Assembly (NCBI GenBank): GCA_963845185.1 | Contig: CAWJRG010000005.1 | Coordinates: 352,001 to 416,000 of the forward strand | DNA length: 64,000 nucleotides | Reading direction: 5' to 3' | Source of the DNA: an uncultured bacterium | GTDB lineage: Bacteria > Oederibacteriota > PGYV01 > CAWJRG01 | Shown: positions 19,933 to 29,767 of the stretch, piece after piece | How the letters are laid out: each line of letters starts with the position of its first letter | How positions within the stretch are numbered: the stretch's first letter is position 1 | Notes under the pieces: generated by a model | The model's input: only the letters and a program-made list of their open reading frames with translations | Told to the model about the DNA's origin: nothing | Databases searched by the model: none | Program-made: the position numbers and the translations under genes

Positions 19933-22015
19933 TACGATTTCCGACCCCAAAAACAACACCGGTCTTTTAATTCCTGCTTTTTCATCTCTGTTGTTTTTTT
20001 GTATCCTGCTTACGACGGTGCCTCCCTCGGTTTTTCACGGCGATTCAGGCGAGACTATAACGGCAGCCTTTACGCTAGGGATTCAGCATCCGCCCGGTTA
20101 CCCATTGTTCACGCTCCTCGGCAAAATCTTCTGCATGTTTCCCCTGGGAGACGTGTCTTTCAGGGTGTATTTATTGTCGCTGTTTCTGGCAATGATCGAT
20201 TTTTGGCTTATATATTTTGTCTTTTTAAAAATATTGAAGATAATTGGCTACTCCCAGCATTCATCCCTGCTATCGCTTTATCCATCCGCAGTATTTATAG
20301 CCGGCTATACAATATGGGACCAGGCAACAACCGCAAAAGGCGGTATTTATACATTGAATATTTTTTTCACCCTTATTATTTCACTTATATTGATTGAATT
20401 GTATTCAACACGCAGCTACAAATACCGGCTCAAATTGTTTTACCTGTTTTCATTTTTATTCGGTCTTGGCCTGGGCGATCACCATATGTCGCAGTTTATA
20501 ATGCTTCCCGGGTATGTTTTTCTTGTTTATGCCTCCGGATTCTATAAAAACTTAAAGCTTAAAAACTATATCACTGCTTTTTTCTTCTTTTTAATTGCAG
20601 TAATTATATATATTTACCTGCCGGTCAGGGCAAAAGAGGCGTATTTGAACTGGGGCGATCCGTCTACTTTAAAAAATTTCTACCAGACCCTGACAAGATG
20701 GCAGTATTCGAGAGGCGAAATTACAAGTTCTTTAATAAATTCCATGCGCCAGATTTTTAAATTTTTCTCGTCAAATATTATCGAATTTGCGGTGTCTGGT
20801 TCCGTATTTATAATAGCCGGCCTTTACTTGCTCTTTAAAAAAGAAAAAAACCTTTTTATATATATGCTGTATAATCCTGCTGTATTTTTGCTTTTTACCG
20901 CCGTATACCTCAATCTGTCTGTTGACAGGCTTTATATAATGGAAACATATATCACTCCCGCTTACTTTCCCATGTCTATATTTCTGGGTATAGGCATACT
21001 ATGGATGGCTGAAAAAACTTCCGGGCTTTTCCCCAAAAAGCATTTGATGGAATTTATATTTTTTCTCGCAGTTCTCCTTCCTCAATTATTACTTTTCTAT
21101 CCGCGCCTTGATAAAAGCCGTTATTATTATGCGTATGATTACAACCGCAATATGTTACTTTCCGTGGAAGATAACGGTATACTTTTTGCCACCGGCGATG
21201 GCATTATATTTCCCATGTGGTATCTCAGGTATGTAAAACATTACAGGACGGATGTCACCCTGGTTGGTACCGCTGTTTTGCCAATGCGATGGGTCAGGGA
21301 TAACATCAAAACGCAAAACCCGTTTATTTCTATGCCTGTAATAAATACCGACAAAATAGGGACGGAATCAACCGGCGCAATCATAAATGCAATAATACGG
21401 ATGAATTTTTCGCATTACCCCATATATTTCGCGTATAGCCCGCCTGAAGAAGGTGCAATTGATCCCCAGCTTAAACTTATGCCCAAAGCATCGGTATTCA
21501 AGCTTATGCTTAAAAATTATGCTTTCATAACCGGCCAGTATCTTGCCGTTAATAAAAACCTTTGGAAAATATTCAATTTACGTGGTGTTTTCGGCCGCAG
21601 CAAAAAATATACTGACCCTACCTCTGTCAATTTGTACATTAATGACTATGCAGTCGCCTTAAATACAATGGCTCAATTTTGCGAGGACAGCGGGGACTAT
21701 AATCTTGCGCTTGATTATTTTACGCTGGCTCATAAGTTCCAGCCGGAAGATAATGAATATGTGTATAATATGGGAACGACTTATTTCAACCTTGGAAATC
21801 AGAAAAAATCAGTTGAAATGTTTAAAGCCTCCATCGTACTCAACCCAAAATACAAAAGCGCCTGGTATAACCTGGGTGTTGTTTATTATAAACAAAATAA
21901 GTTGAATGAAGCTTTGGATTGTTTTTTACAGTTGAAAAAGATAAATCCTGACCGCAAAGATATAGACCCTACTATAGTTTTCCTTCAAAAAGCCGTATCC
22001 CAGGCCCCAAAATGA
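19874..22015 (+). CDS. DUF2723 (TMEM260-like GT-C) membrane protein with C-terminal TPRs; start uncertain
   Basis: GDSGE...LGIQHPPGYPLF, NWGDP and GD..IFP.WY motifs; TPR repeats at the C-terminus. Confidence 0.85.
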   Translation: MITSKMLQSQTSRIYPRANNTISDPKNNTGLLIPAFSSLLFFCILLTTVPPSVFHGDSGETITAAFTLGIQHPPGYPLFTLLGKIFCMFPLGDVSFRVYLLSLFLAMIDFWLIYFVFLKILKIIGYSQHSSLLSLYPSAVFIAGYTIWDQATTAKGGIYTLNIFFTLIISLILIELYSTRSYKYRLKLFYLFSFLFGLGLGDHHMSQFIMLPGYVFLVYASGFYKNLKLKNYITAFFFFLIAVIIYIYLPVRAKEAYLNWGDPSTLKNFYQTLTRWQYSRGEITSSLINSMRQIFKFFSSNIIEFAVSGSVFIIAGLYLLFKKEKNLFIYMLYNPAVFLLFTAVYLNLSVDRLYIMETYITPAYFPMSIFLGIGILWMAEKTSGLFPKKHLMEFIFFLAVLLPQLLLFYPRLDKSRYYYAYDYNRNMLLSVEDNGILFATGDGIIFPMWYLRYVKHYRTDVTLVGTAVLPMRWVRDNIKTQNPFISMPVINTDKIGTESTGAIINAIIRMNFSHYPIYFAYSPPEEGAIDPQLKLMPKASVFKLMLKNYAFITGQYLAVNKNLWKIFNLRGVFGRSKKYTDPTSVNLYINDYAVALNTMAQFCEDSGDYNLALDYFTLAHKFQPEDNEYVYNMGTTYFNLGNQKKSVEMFKASIVLNPKYKSAWYNLGVVYYKQNKLNEALDCFLQLKKINPDRKDIDPTIVFLQKAVSQAPK

Positions 22016-22064
22016 AAAGAGCCGCGTCGCCGCGGCTCCGTATCAATTAAACTGCTTTTTAAAG

Positions 22065-22937
22065 TTATTCGCTTCTTCTGTCTACTACAAACTCGCTTTT
22101 CGGGAATTTCTGCGCATATTGTTTCAATTCGCTGGCTATATCTTCAACCTGAGCATAATGCGAAAGTTTTCTTGTTATATTCCATACAACGCTTATAGAC
22201 AAAATCATTATCGGAGTTCTTATTTCTTCCCCTCTCCTTGTTTTTGTTATTATATAACCTCTTTCCCTGTCTTCCTTGTCATAATGCTGTTCTATAAGGA
22301 GGTCGAAAGATTTGATAAGCTCCGAGCATATTTTGCTGTACCTGTCCGGGGCTGTAACAATAACGAAATTATCCCCGCCAAGATGCCCAGCGATGTCGTC
22401 TTTCTCGCCGTTTTCCTTTGTTACATCATATATGAGCCCTGCAAGGAATTTTAATACCACATCTCCTTTGTCGTAATCGTATCTTTTGTTATAATATTTA
22501 AAATCCTTCATGTCAATATAGCAAATAGCGGTTTTTATGTCTTCTTCAAACCGCCTTTCTATTTCCTGCTGTATAAACATGCTGTCGGGAAGCCCGGTCA
22601 GCGGGTTTAACTTGCCGATTTTCTTGGCATATTCGTATATTTCCGAATCAAGCGTGATATTGAGGTCAAAAACATCGGGCGTCTGCACTTTTTCCTTTAA
22701 AAGTTCGTCCTGAAGGAATTTCGAAGATGTAATTAAATCATTGATTCTTAAACTATACTTGTCGAGTATTTCTTTTATGGCAATAATTTTCTTCACCATG
22801 GTTTTGCTGAACTTACGGTGACCCGAAGGAAGCCTTACAGGTTTTATAAGCCCTAGACTTTCCCAGTACCTTAAAGTGCGCTCAGATAATCCTGTAAGTC
22901 TTGCTGAAGCTCCTATGCCGATAAGTTTTTCTTTCAT
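22065..22937 (-). CDS. MerR-HTH fused to a GGDEF-family domain (GGDNF variant)
   Basis: IG.SARLTGLSERTLRYWE.LGLI.P.R.PSGHRKF; NPLTGLP, DFKYYN, GD.VL, HLGGDNF. Confidence 0.85.
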   Translation of the reverse strand: MKEKLIGIGASARLTGLSERTLRYWESLGLIKPVRLPSGHRKFSKTMVKKIIAIKEILDKYSLRINDLITSSKFLQDELLKEKVQTPDVFDLNITLDSEIYEYAKKIGKLNPLTGLPDSMFIQQEIERRFEEDIKTAICYIDMKDFKYYNKRYDYDKGDVVLKFLAGLIYDVTKENGEKDDIAGHLGGDNFVIVTAPDRYSKICSELIKSFDLLIEQHYDKEDRERGYIITKTRRGEEIRTPIMILSISVVWNITRKLSHYAQVEDIASELKQYAQKFPKSEFVVDRRSE

Positions 22938-23032
22938 TTTTTTTCCTTTTCGTGATTTTATTCATAACTTAATTGACTTAAAACTTTATACTTCCAAACT
23001 TTCCATTTTGTAATTTTCAAGTTAGTGATTTT

Positions 23033-23061
23033 AGTATATCAGAGATTAGCTTTTTTGTCAA
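23033..23061 (-). promoter_or_regulatory. sigma70 promoter of the MerR-GGDEF gene
   Basis: TTGACA-17 bp-TATACT on the minus strand. Confidence 0.65.
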
Positions 23062-23365
23062 TATGATTTTTAAAGGTATAATCCATAAATTAACCGGAAT
23101 TGCAGCATTTATCTTCGAAATAATTGTAATGTTTTATATCATCCAATTATTTGAAAATTTAATGTTAATAAATCAGCAAAAAACCTAAAAATCGAAAGTA
23201 TTGCATTGTATTTTAACTGTTCTTACTTAAAAAAATCATTCAGTTTTATAATTTGAAACTGTGTATTGCTAAATTGTAGATATTTTAAAAACTCAAAACC
23301 GAAACATTACTTATCTTAATTTCTACTAGCCCAGTCAAAAATGCTTACGTGACCCTATACAATTG

Positions 23366-23398
23366 AAAGCGGGAAACGCAATATGCGTTCCCCGCTTT
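23366..23398 (-). terminator. intrinsic terminator-like hairpin
   Basis: aaagcgggaaacgca...tgcgttcccgcttt. Confidence 0.65.
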
Positions 23399-23420
23399 GC
23401 ATAACTTGATTTATTCTTTT

Positions 23421-23690
23421 TTATTTTGCGTTTTTATTTGCAGCTTCAGCAGCCAGTTTTAATTCGGCATTAACCTGATCCAGCAAATCCTTTGCCTTTG
23501 CCGCATGGCCATCCATATCAAATTCGTTGGCTACTTGTGCCGCTGTAATTCTCGCATAGGCTTTATCCACTAATTTCTGTGCAGCCGCGAGATTCGGGTG
23601 CTTTTTCCAGCTTATATTCCTTACCGGTGCCGAGAATATCAAAGTAGCTGCAAACATTAATACACAAATCAGAATAAATGTTTTCTTCAT
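23421..23690 (-). CDS. small secreted helical hypothetical protein
   Basis: Signal peptide, AAGGAGG RBS, HPNLAAAQ...AQ.ANEFDMDGHA.KAK. Confidence 0.8.
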   Translation of the reverse strand: MKKTFILICVLMFAATLIFSAPVRNISWKKHPNLAAAQKLVDKAYARITAAQVANEFDMDGHAAKAKDLLDQVNAELKLAAEAANKNAK

Positions 23691-24029
23691 TTTTTGTCCT
23701 CCTTTAATTTGGACTGATTGAAATTTTGTTCATAGCCAGCGCATTATATATTTGTTTTGCGCCCTTTCCTCTTCCTAAATCCTCACATTAGATTAGTCTA
23801 ATCTCACCACCTTTCTCAATGCTTAACCACAATCTAGATTTTATCAATAATCCTTATTCTGACGCAAAAAATATGATAAAGGTTTACAATAATTGAATCT
23901 GGTATTTTACAATGCCCTATTTTATATTTTCAATTATAAACAAATATTGTTAATATTATACGATATTTTTCGTGTTTTTAAATCAAATATTTGTGATATA
24001 ATTATGGCTCAAAATATTACGTTTGCCGT

Positions 24030-24106
24030 CGGGGTGTAGCGCAGCGGTTTAGCGCACCTGCCTTGGGAGCAGGGGGCCGGTGGTTCAAGTCCACTCACCC
24101 CGACCA
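24030..24106 (+). tRNA. tRNA-Pro (TGG)
   Basis: CGGGGTG/CACCCCG acceptor stem, CCTGC-CTTGGGA-GCAGG anticodon arm, CCA end. Confidence 0.95.
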
Positions 24107-24136
24107 GTAATTTTACATCCGTCATTTATTTGAGGT

Positions 24137-24176
24137 GGTGGGCGTAGCTCTGCGGCTAGAGCATCAGGCTTGGGCC
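24137..24176 (+). pseudogene. diverged 5' half of a tRNA-His gene
   Basis: ggtgggcgtagctctgcggctagagcatcaggct matches the first 34 nt of the tRNA-His at 24362 with 4 mismatches; no 3' half. Confidence 0.7.
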
Positions 24177-24361
24177 AAGTGGCTCAAGGCGAGCGAACGC
24201 CGAGCGATTAGCGCGGAAAAGCCGATCATTAAAAATATCATGCGAGGCGTCAGTGAGCGAGGGGAGGCTACGCAGCCTGCGTCAAGCAGGTAGAGTAGAT
24301 GACCCGTGGGGCCACAGACTTACTCGCAAGGACTTATATTTAGATTATTATTAATGTATGT

Positions 24362-24438
24362 GGTGGGCGTAGCTCAGCGGTTAGAGCACTAGGCTGTGGC
24401 CCTAGGGGCCGCGGGTTCAAATCCCGTCGCCCACCCCA
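24362..24438 (+). tRNA. tRNA-His (GTG)
   Basis: G-1, GTGGGCG/CGCCCAC stem, CTAGG-CTGTGGC-CCTAG anticodon arm, CCA. Confidence 0.95.
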
Positions 24439-24451
24439 TTAAATAAAACAA

Positions 24452-24724
24452 TTATTGTATTTTATGATATTTCTTGCCTGCAAGTTTTTCTTTTTCCTTT
24501 TTTCCTGCCCTTTTTATACGAAGCTCCCGTTTTAAAGCCCCTGCTATGTCATACCCTTCTTCCACATAAAGCAGTTTCACTGGCCTGCGCCTTGGAATTA
24601 TGTATTTTGCCCCCTTGCCTGAATTATGCGCTTTTACTCTTTTCTTAACATCCTTGCTTATACCGGTGTAAAGTGTTTTGTCCTTGCACCTTACAATATA
24701 TACCGACCAATTTTTTTTTGCCAT
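24452..24724 (-). CDS. GIY-YIG nuclease family protein (UPF0213/YhbQ-like)
   Basis: VYIVRC.D.TLYTGI...R...HN.GKGAKY...RP motif. Confidence 0.9.
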   Translation of the reverse strand: MAKKNWSVYIVRCKDKTLYTGISKDVKKRVKAHNSGKGAKYIIPRRRPVKLLYVEEGYDIAGALKRELRIKRAGKKEKEKLAGKKYHKIQ

Positions 24725-24727
24725 TTG

Positions 24728-26869
24728 CTATATCAGCTTAAATTGCGCTTTCAAAACTTCGGTGTTTTTTGCAGTATTTTCATATCCCGGCTGTACCCCA
24801 CCGACATATAGCATAAACTCCCCGGGCGCAAGGATAAGTTTCCCTTCATTATTATAATATGACATCTGCTCAGGCAAGACTGTAAAATTTATTTTCTTTT
24901 TCATGCCCGGCTTTAAGTGTATGCGTTCAAACCCAACAAGTTGTTTCAATGGGACACTAGAACGCGCTGTCATTCGCTTTATATAAACCTGCACTACTTC
25001 ATCCCCCGCAATTTTTCCTGCGTTCCGGACATCAACACTTAGCAGCAAATCCTTGCCTTTCTTTATTTTTTTTACGTTTAATTTTAATTTGCTGTACTTA
25101 AAAGCCGTGTATGTAAGCCCAAAACCGAAAGGATAAAGTGCCTCGCCCTTAAAATACCTGTATGTCCTGCCTTTCATATTATAATCCTTAAAATCAGGCA
25201 GGTCGTCTGTGGTTTTATAAAAAGTTACCGGCAGCCTGGCGCCAGGGTTGTATTTGCCGAAAAGCACATCCGCTACTGCCTGTCCGCCTTCCTCGCCCGG
25301 GTACCATGCTTCTACGACTGCCTTTATATTTTTGTCTTTTTCATTGAAAGTCACGGCGCTGCCGTTTAAAAGCACGAGTATTATCGGCTTCCCTTTCTCT
25401 GAAATCCTTTCAATCATTGGGTTCTGTATGCCCGGCAACAAAAGATCCTGCTTGTCGCCGCCGGAACCTTCCTCACCTTCATAATCCGGAGAGAGCCCCA
25501 TCACAGCAATCGTGACATCGCATTTTTCAACAACGTCAATAACGGCTTCAATATGGTCGTAACCCCCTTCTTTGATTCCGCACCCTTTTATGTAATCAAC
25601 CCTTGTATTTTTATACATGTTATTTTTTATTCCCTGCAGCACGGTTGTTGCTTTTGATGGGAACCCGTTATAATTGCCGAGCAAGGCATCCACGCTGTCG
25701 GCATTCGGCCCTACAACGGCTATTGATTTGATTTTTTTCCTGTTAAGTGGCAGGAAATTATCCGTGTTTTTCAGCAATACTATTGATTTTTGGGCCGCGA
25801 ACAGACTGAGCTTCCTGTGTTTGCCGCAGTCATTTACGCTGAATGGTATTTTTGCGTATTTTACTTTTTCAGGCGGGTCAAACATGCCGAGCTTAAACTT
25901 TGTATTCAATAAACGTGCTAGTGAAATATCCACTGTTTTTTCGTCAAGCAGGCCATATTTATATGCCTTTTGCAGGCTCTTGCCAGCTTTAGCGCACATT
26001 TTATTCCAAAGGCAGCAGTTTAAATCGCAGCCCAGTCTGGTTGAAAGCGCCGCTGCTTCGGCTTTTGTCTTGACATACTTGTGCCCCTCAAAAATGTCGT
26101 GTATTGCCCCGCAGTCCGATACAAAATGCCCCTTGAATTTCCATTCTCCCCGCAATATGTCCACCATAAGCTTTTTGCTGGCGCAGCACGGCTCGTTATT
26201 TGTCCTGTTATACGCCCCCATAACAGCCTCAACATTCGCTTCCTGCACGCTGGCTTTAAAAGCGGGTAAATATGTTTCCCGCAGATCCTTTTCCGACACC
26301 ACGGCATTAAAAGAATGCCTGTCGTTCTCTGGCCCAGAGTGCACGGCGAAATGTTTCGCGCAGGCCGCGGTTTTCAAATATTTTTTATCGTTTCCCTGCA
26401 TGCCCCGGATAAACTCCACTGCCATGCGGGATGTAAGGTACGGGTCCTCTCCGTATGTCTCGTGTCCCCTGCCCCAGCGGGGATCCCGGAAAATATTTAT
26501 ATTCGGGCTCCAGAAAGTGAGGCCGAAATACATTGTGCGTTTATTTTCCCTCAATGCCTGGTGATGTTTCGCGCGGCCCTCGTCAGATATGGCGGTTGCG
26601 GCCCTGAACATCAAATTTTTATCAAAAGTCGCTGCCAGGCCTATTGCCTGCGGAAAAACAGTCGCGAACCCCGCCCTTGCCACGCCGTGCAAAGCCTCAC
26701 TCCACCAGTTGTATTCCGGTATGCTGAGCCTTGGTATTGCAGGCGACTCGTTCAGCATCTGCGACAGCTTTTCTTCCACGGTCATGCGCGATAAAAGGTC
26801 TTGAACGCGCTTTGCCATAGGTAATCGGTAATCTTTATATGGCGGAACTTTATTCTTCTTTTTTTTCAC
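24728..26869 (-). CDS. glycoside hydrolase family 3 (beta-xylosidase/glucosidase) with C-terminal Fn3-like domain
   Basis: EALHG, WSPNINIFRDPRWGRGHETYGEDP, KHF, VSDC and YPFGFGLTY motifs. Confidence 0.93.
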   Translation of the reverse strand: MKKKKNKVPPYKDYRLPMAKRVQDLLSRMTVEEKLSQMLNESPAIPRLSIPEYNWWSEALHGVARAGFATVFPQAIGLAATFDKNLMFRAATAISDEGRAKHHQALRENKRTMYFGLTFWSPNINIFRDPRWGRGHETYGEDPYLTSRMAVEFIRGMQGNDKKYLKTAACAKHFAVHSGPENDRHSFNAVVSEKDLRETYLPAFKASVQEANVEAVMGAYNRTNNEPCCASKKLMVDILRGEWKFKGHFVSDCGAIHDIFEGHKYVKTKAEAAALSTRLGCDLNCCLWNKMCAKAGKSLQKAYKYGLLDEKTVDISLARLLNTKFKLGMFDPPEKVKYAKIPFSVNDCGKHRKLSLFAAQKSIVLLKNTDNFLPLNRKKIKSIAVVGPNADSVDALLGNYNGFPSKATTVLQGIKNNMYKNTRVDYIKGCGIKEGGYDHIEAVIDVVEKCDVTIAVMGLSPDYEGEEGSGGDKQDLLLPGIQNPMIERISEKGKPIILVLLNGSAVTFNEKDKNIKAVVEAWYPGEEGGQAVADVLFGKYNPGARLPVTFYKTTDDLPDFKDYNMKGRTYRYFKGEALYPFGFGLTYTAFKYSKLKLNVKKIKKGKDLLLSVDVRNAGKIAGDEVVQVYIKRMTARSSVPLKQLVGFERIHLKPGMKKKINFTVLPEQMSYYNNEGKLILAPGEFMLYVGGVQPGYENTAKNTEVLKAQFKLI

Positions 26870-26898
26870 TTATGCCTCCAAAATATTAAAAACAGTTT

Positions 26899-28365
26899 TT
26901 AGTAATCTTTACTGTGCCCTAAAAGCGATTTTACGCCTCTGAAAGCAAGTTCCAGATCCTTTATGCTCCTTAAACTGACAAAGCTTTTTAAAAGAAAGAG
27001 CGGATGCCTGTGTATTGCCCACATTTTCCTGCACCAGTATGTGTTGTCAACTCTGCTTTTTAATATGTCGTGTTCCATATCCATTTTATCATAATCCCTG
27101 CCCTCTTCGGTAAGCCAGTTGTTTTTCTCTGCTTCTTTATAAAGCGGGGTGCCCGGGTAAGGCATCACAATGGATGCCTGTAAAGAGTCGCCAAAATGCG
27201 TCTTATAAAGCATTAGTTCCTTTGCAGCATCATAAGTGCTTTTTACATCATTTTCGTCTTCCCACGGGTATCCTGTCATCATTGTTAATAATACTTTGAA
27301 TCCGTATCTTTTCGCCCTTTTTACGTTTTCCATTATTTCTTCTATTGTTTCAAGTTTGCCTATTTTATGAAGGGTTTTTGTACTGCCCGACTCGAGCCCG
27401 ACTTTTAAGAGCCTGTATCCTATTTTTTTCATTAAATTGCATTTTTCATCAGTCAAATTCTCGGCCCTGGCGTTTGTTGATATTATGAATTTGCCTTTTA
27501 TTTTTCTTCTTTCTGTTTCAATTAAAAATTGTTCCATCCACTGCGTGCTCCATATTGCCCCCGACTCATTGTCGTCGAATATTTCATAGACTTTGTATTT
27601 TTTTATTAACTCCTCTATTTCTTCTGCTACGTTCCCGGCAGAACGGAGCCTTGCTTTACGCTGCCAGAATGCGTGCTGCCACACGCAGAATGTGCATATG
27701 CCTCCAATATCTTTTCCCTCCCTGCCACAGCCCCTGCCGGTAAGTATGTATGCGCAAGGCCTGTAAAGGTAAGCTTCGCCGTATAATTCCCAGTTTGTTA
27801 TTTCCCTGTCTACAAAAGGCAGGGAATCAAGGTTATCGTAAAGCACTGCTTTACCCGTATTTTTAATTATTCCCGAATCTTTGTAATAAACGCCCCCGGG
27901 CATGCTGCCTTTTTTGTTTACCGCGTCAATTAAATAACCTGCTGTTATGTCATAATCCCCGCCGGTAACAATATAATCAGCGTTGCAGTTGTTCAATGAC
28001 TCCTCAGGGAAAAAACTCACATGGTCGCCTACAAGGATAAATTTGGCATTAGGCATCCGGCTTTTGGCACTGTCTATCCATTTCCAGTGAAATTTTATTA
28101 TTGGTGTTTTCGTCTCGATTAATATGACATCTGGGTTAAAATCCGATACTTGAAAGTTGAAAGTCTTGTCATCCATTCCGCGATTTATGCCGTCAAGGAA
28201 TAAGACACTATAACCTTTGTTCTTAAGTATTGTTATTGTTGAGGCCGGGATCAGCGGATAAATTTTTATTTCAGCAGAATGGGTATATTTGAACTGCCTG
28301 TTTTGGGCTAAAAGCGGTATTTTTCCTTCCTTAAAATTAGGCGGGTATATAAACGCTATGTTCAT
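26899..28365 (-). CDS. B12-binding-domain radical SAM protein
   Basis: GRGC...CTFC cysteine motif with an expanded spacer, GLESGS, PYPGT. Confidence 0.85.
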   Translation of the reverse strand: MNIAFIYPPNFKEGKIPLLAQNRQFKYTHSAEIKIYPLIPASTITILKNKGYSVLFLDGINRGMDDKTFNFQVSDFNPDVILIETKTPIIKFHWKWIDSAKSRMPNAKFILVGDHVSFFPEESLNNCNADYIVTGGDYDITAGYLIDAVNKKGSMPGGVYYKDSGIIKNTGKAVLYDNLDSLPFVDREITNWELYGEAYLYRPCAYILTGRGCGREGKDIGGICTFCVWQHAFWQRKARLRSAGNVAEEIEELIKKYKVYEIFDDNESGAIWSTQWMEQFLIETERRKIKGKFIISTNARAENLTDEKCNLMKKIGYRLLKVGLESGSTKTLHKIGKLETIEEIMENVKRAKRYGFKVLLTMMTGYPWEDENDVKSTYDAAKELMLYKTHFGDSLQASIVMPYPGTPLYKEAEKNNWLTEEGRDYDKMDMEHDILKSRVDNTYWCRKMWAIHRHPLFLLKSFVSLRSIKDLELAFRGVKSLLGHSKDY

Positions 28366-28376
28366 TTATTAGGTAT

Positions 28377-29426
28377 TCACCACAGGTAATCAAGCGGGTC
28401 TTCCACCTTTCCGTTTTTGAAAATTGAAAAGTGCAGGTGCGGCCCCGTGGACTTCCCGGTGCTTCCGGTTTTTGCTATTAATTTTCCCGCTAAAACCTTT
28501 TGGCCCGGCTTTACAAAAATCTGGCTCAAATGTGCGTAAAGGGTCTGGTACCCGTTGGCGTGCTTTATAGTCACACATTTCCCATATCCACCCTGCCAGC
28601 ACGCGGATATGACGATTCCGTCTGCAGCTGCGCCGACCCAAGTCCCGACTTTTGCCCTTATATCTACTCCATTATGGTATTTGGATACGCCTCTTATCAA
28701 GGGATCCTTTCTCATGCCTTTTAAAGAAGTATACTCTCCGGAAAGCGGCGAACGGAACATCCTTCTTTTTTCAAAAAGTTTTGCCATGTCGCCGTTTAAA
28801 AAAACCGGTTTTGATTCAGGCACAAAAATTATATCCCCTGGCTTTAGCTTATCTCCCTCTATATTATTGTAATATTTGATGCGCTCAGCCGGTATCTTGT
28901 AAATTTCAGCTATCTGGCTGAGTTTTTGTTCGTCCCTGACCTCGTGGATAATGCCTTTTTTTGACAATATAATAATCTGTTGGTTTAATCTGGCTTTTAA
29001 ATCCTTAAGTTCAGGGTTGGCGCCCGCAATAGTGTCTATATTGGTTCCGAAATCTCTTGCCACGCCCCATAAATTTTCTCCAAGCTTTACTTTATAAAGT
29101 GTAAAATTCACATTTTTTATATTTAACTTTTTAAGTAAATATACGTATGCCATTTCTTTGTCGCGCTCGGATACCTCCGTATATGTGCTCTTAAAAAAGT
29201 CATCGGGTTTCCAGCCTTTGTATTTAAGGATATCCGCTATTTTGCCCTGCCTGAATGAGACGTTTGCCATGGATTCATTCGTTGTTAAAACAAGCGTTAA
29301 AACAATTCCAATCAGCACAAGCGCAGCTGCGCTTGAGATTATGACTACATTTTTTAGCCGGTATTTTTCCAGGTATTCCCCGGCAATCAACACTGTTTTT
29401 TGTAATCTTTCCAGAATTGCTTCCAT
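28377..29426 (-). CDS. LysM plus M23 metallopeptidase
   Basis: Two LysM-like repeats; HNGVD, YAHL and TGPHLHF motifs; N-terminal TM segment. Confidence 0.92.
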   Translation of the reverse strand: MEAILERLQKTVLIAGEYLEKYRLKNVVIISSAAALVLIGIVLTLVLTTNESMANVSFRQGKIADILKYKGWKPDDFFKSTYTEVSERDKEMAYVYLLKKLNIKNVNFTLYKVKLGENLWGVARDFGTNIDTIAGANPELKDLKARLNQQIIILSKKGIIHEVRDEQKLSQIAEIYKIPAERIKYYNNIEGDKLKPGDIIFVPESKPVFLNGDMAKLFEKRRMFRSPLSGEYTSLKGMRKDPLIRGVSKYHNGVDIRAKVGTWVGAAADGIVISACWQGGYGKCVTIKHANGYQTLYAHLSQIFVKPGQKVLAGKLIAKTGSTGKSTGPHLHFSIFKNGKVEDPLDYLW

Positions 29427-29439
29427 TAACAAGTCTCCC

Positions 29440-29535
29440 TTGATATCGTTTGTTTTGTCAAGCTTACTAGCGCTGACAAAACATTACGAGATCAAGCACC
29501 CGCTCCAGTGCTGATTTTATCAGCACAAGTGGTGC
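29440..29535 (-). promoter_or_regulatory. repeated two-hairpin leader element, copy 3
   Basis: gatctcgtaatgttttgtca...tgacaaaacaaacgatatc followed by the AAGGGAG RBS. Confidence 0.7.
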
Positions 29536-29665
29536 CTGATAGCGTTTATTTGCCAAGCCTGCAATAATCCTGTTAAATACAATATAAACCAATAATATCA
29601 AAAAATCAATATTATTTTGTCAGAGTTTCCCCTTTTATTATTGCTCTGCTTTTATAACCGATTTT

Positions 29666-29728
29666 GTAGCCGCAGACTTTAGTCTGCGCGTTTTCTCCCG
29701 AAGGCCGCAAACTAAAGTTTGTGCCTAC
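29666..29728. repeat. REP doublet (REPIN-like)
   Basis: gtagccgcagactttagtctgcg ... cgcaaactaaagtttgtgcctac, an inverted pair with GTAG/CTAC ends. Confidence 0.75.
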
Positions 29729-29767
29729 ACAATATGTATCCCTCTTTTAAGGGCCACTTTGGATTCA

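Noticed and set aside
24137..24335. Functional intron-containing tRNA or a second tRNA-Pro (the loop reads CT-TGG-GC)
   Set aside because: No 3' anticodon stem, T-arm or acceptor strand, and no recognisable group I or group II intron core
24452..24724. GIY-YIG gene as a homing endonuclease for the tRNA insert
   Set aside because: It is the common stand-alone UPF0213 type, lies on the opposite strand outside the insert and is coupled to the GH3 gene
25674..26564. 296-aa plus-strand ORF
   Set aside because: Antisense shadow of the GH3 gene
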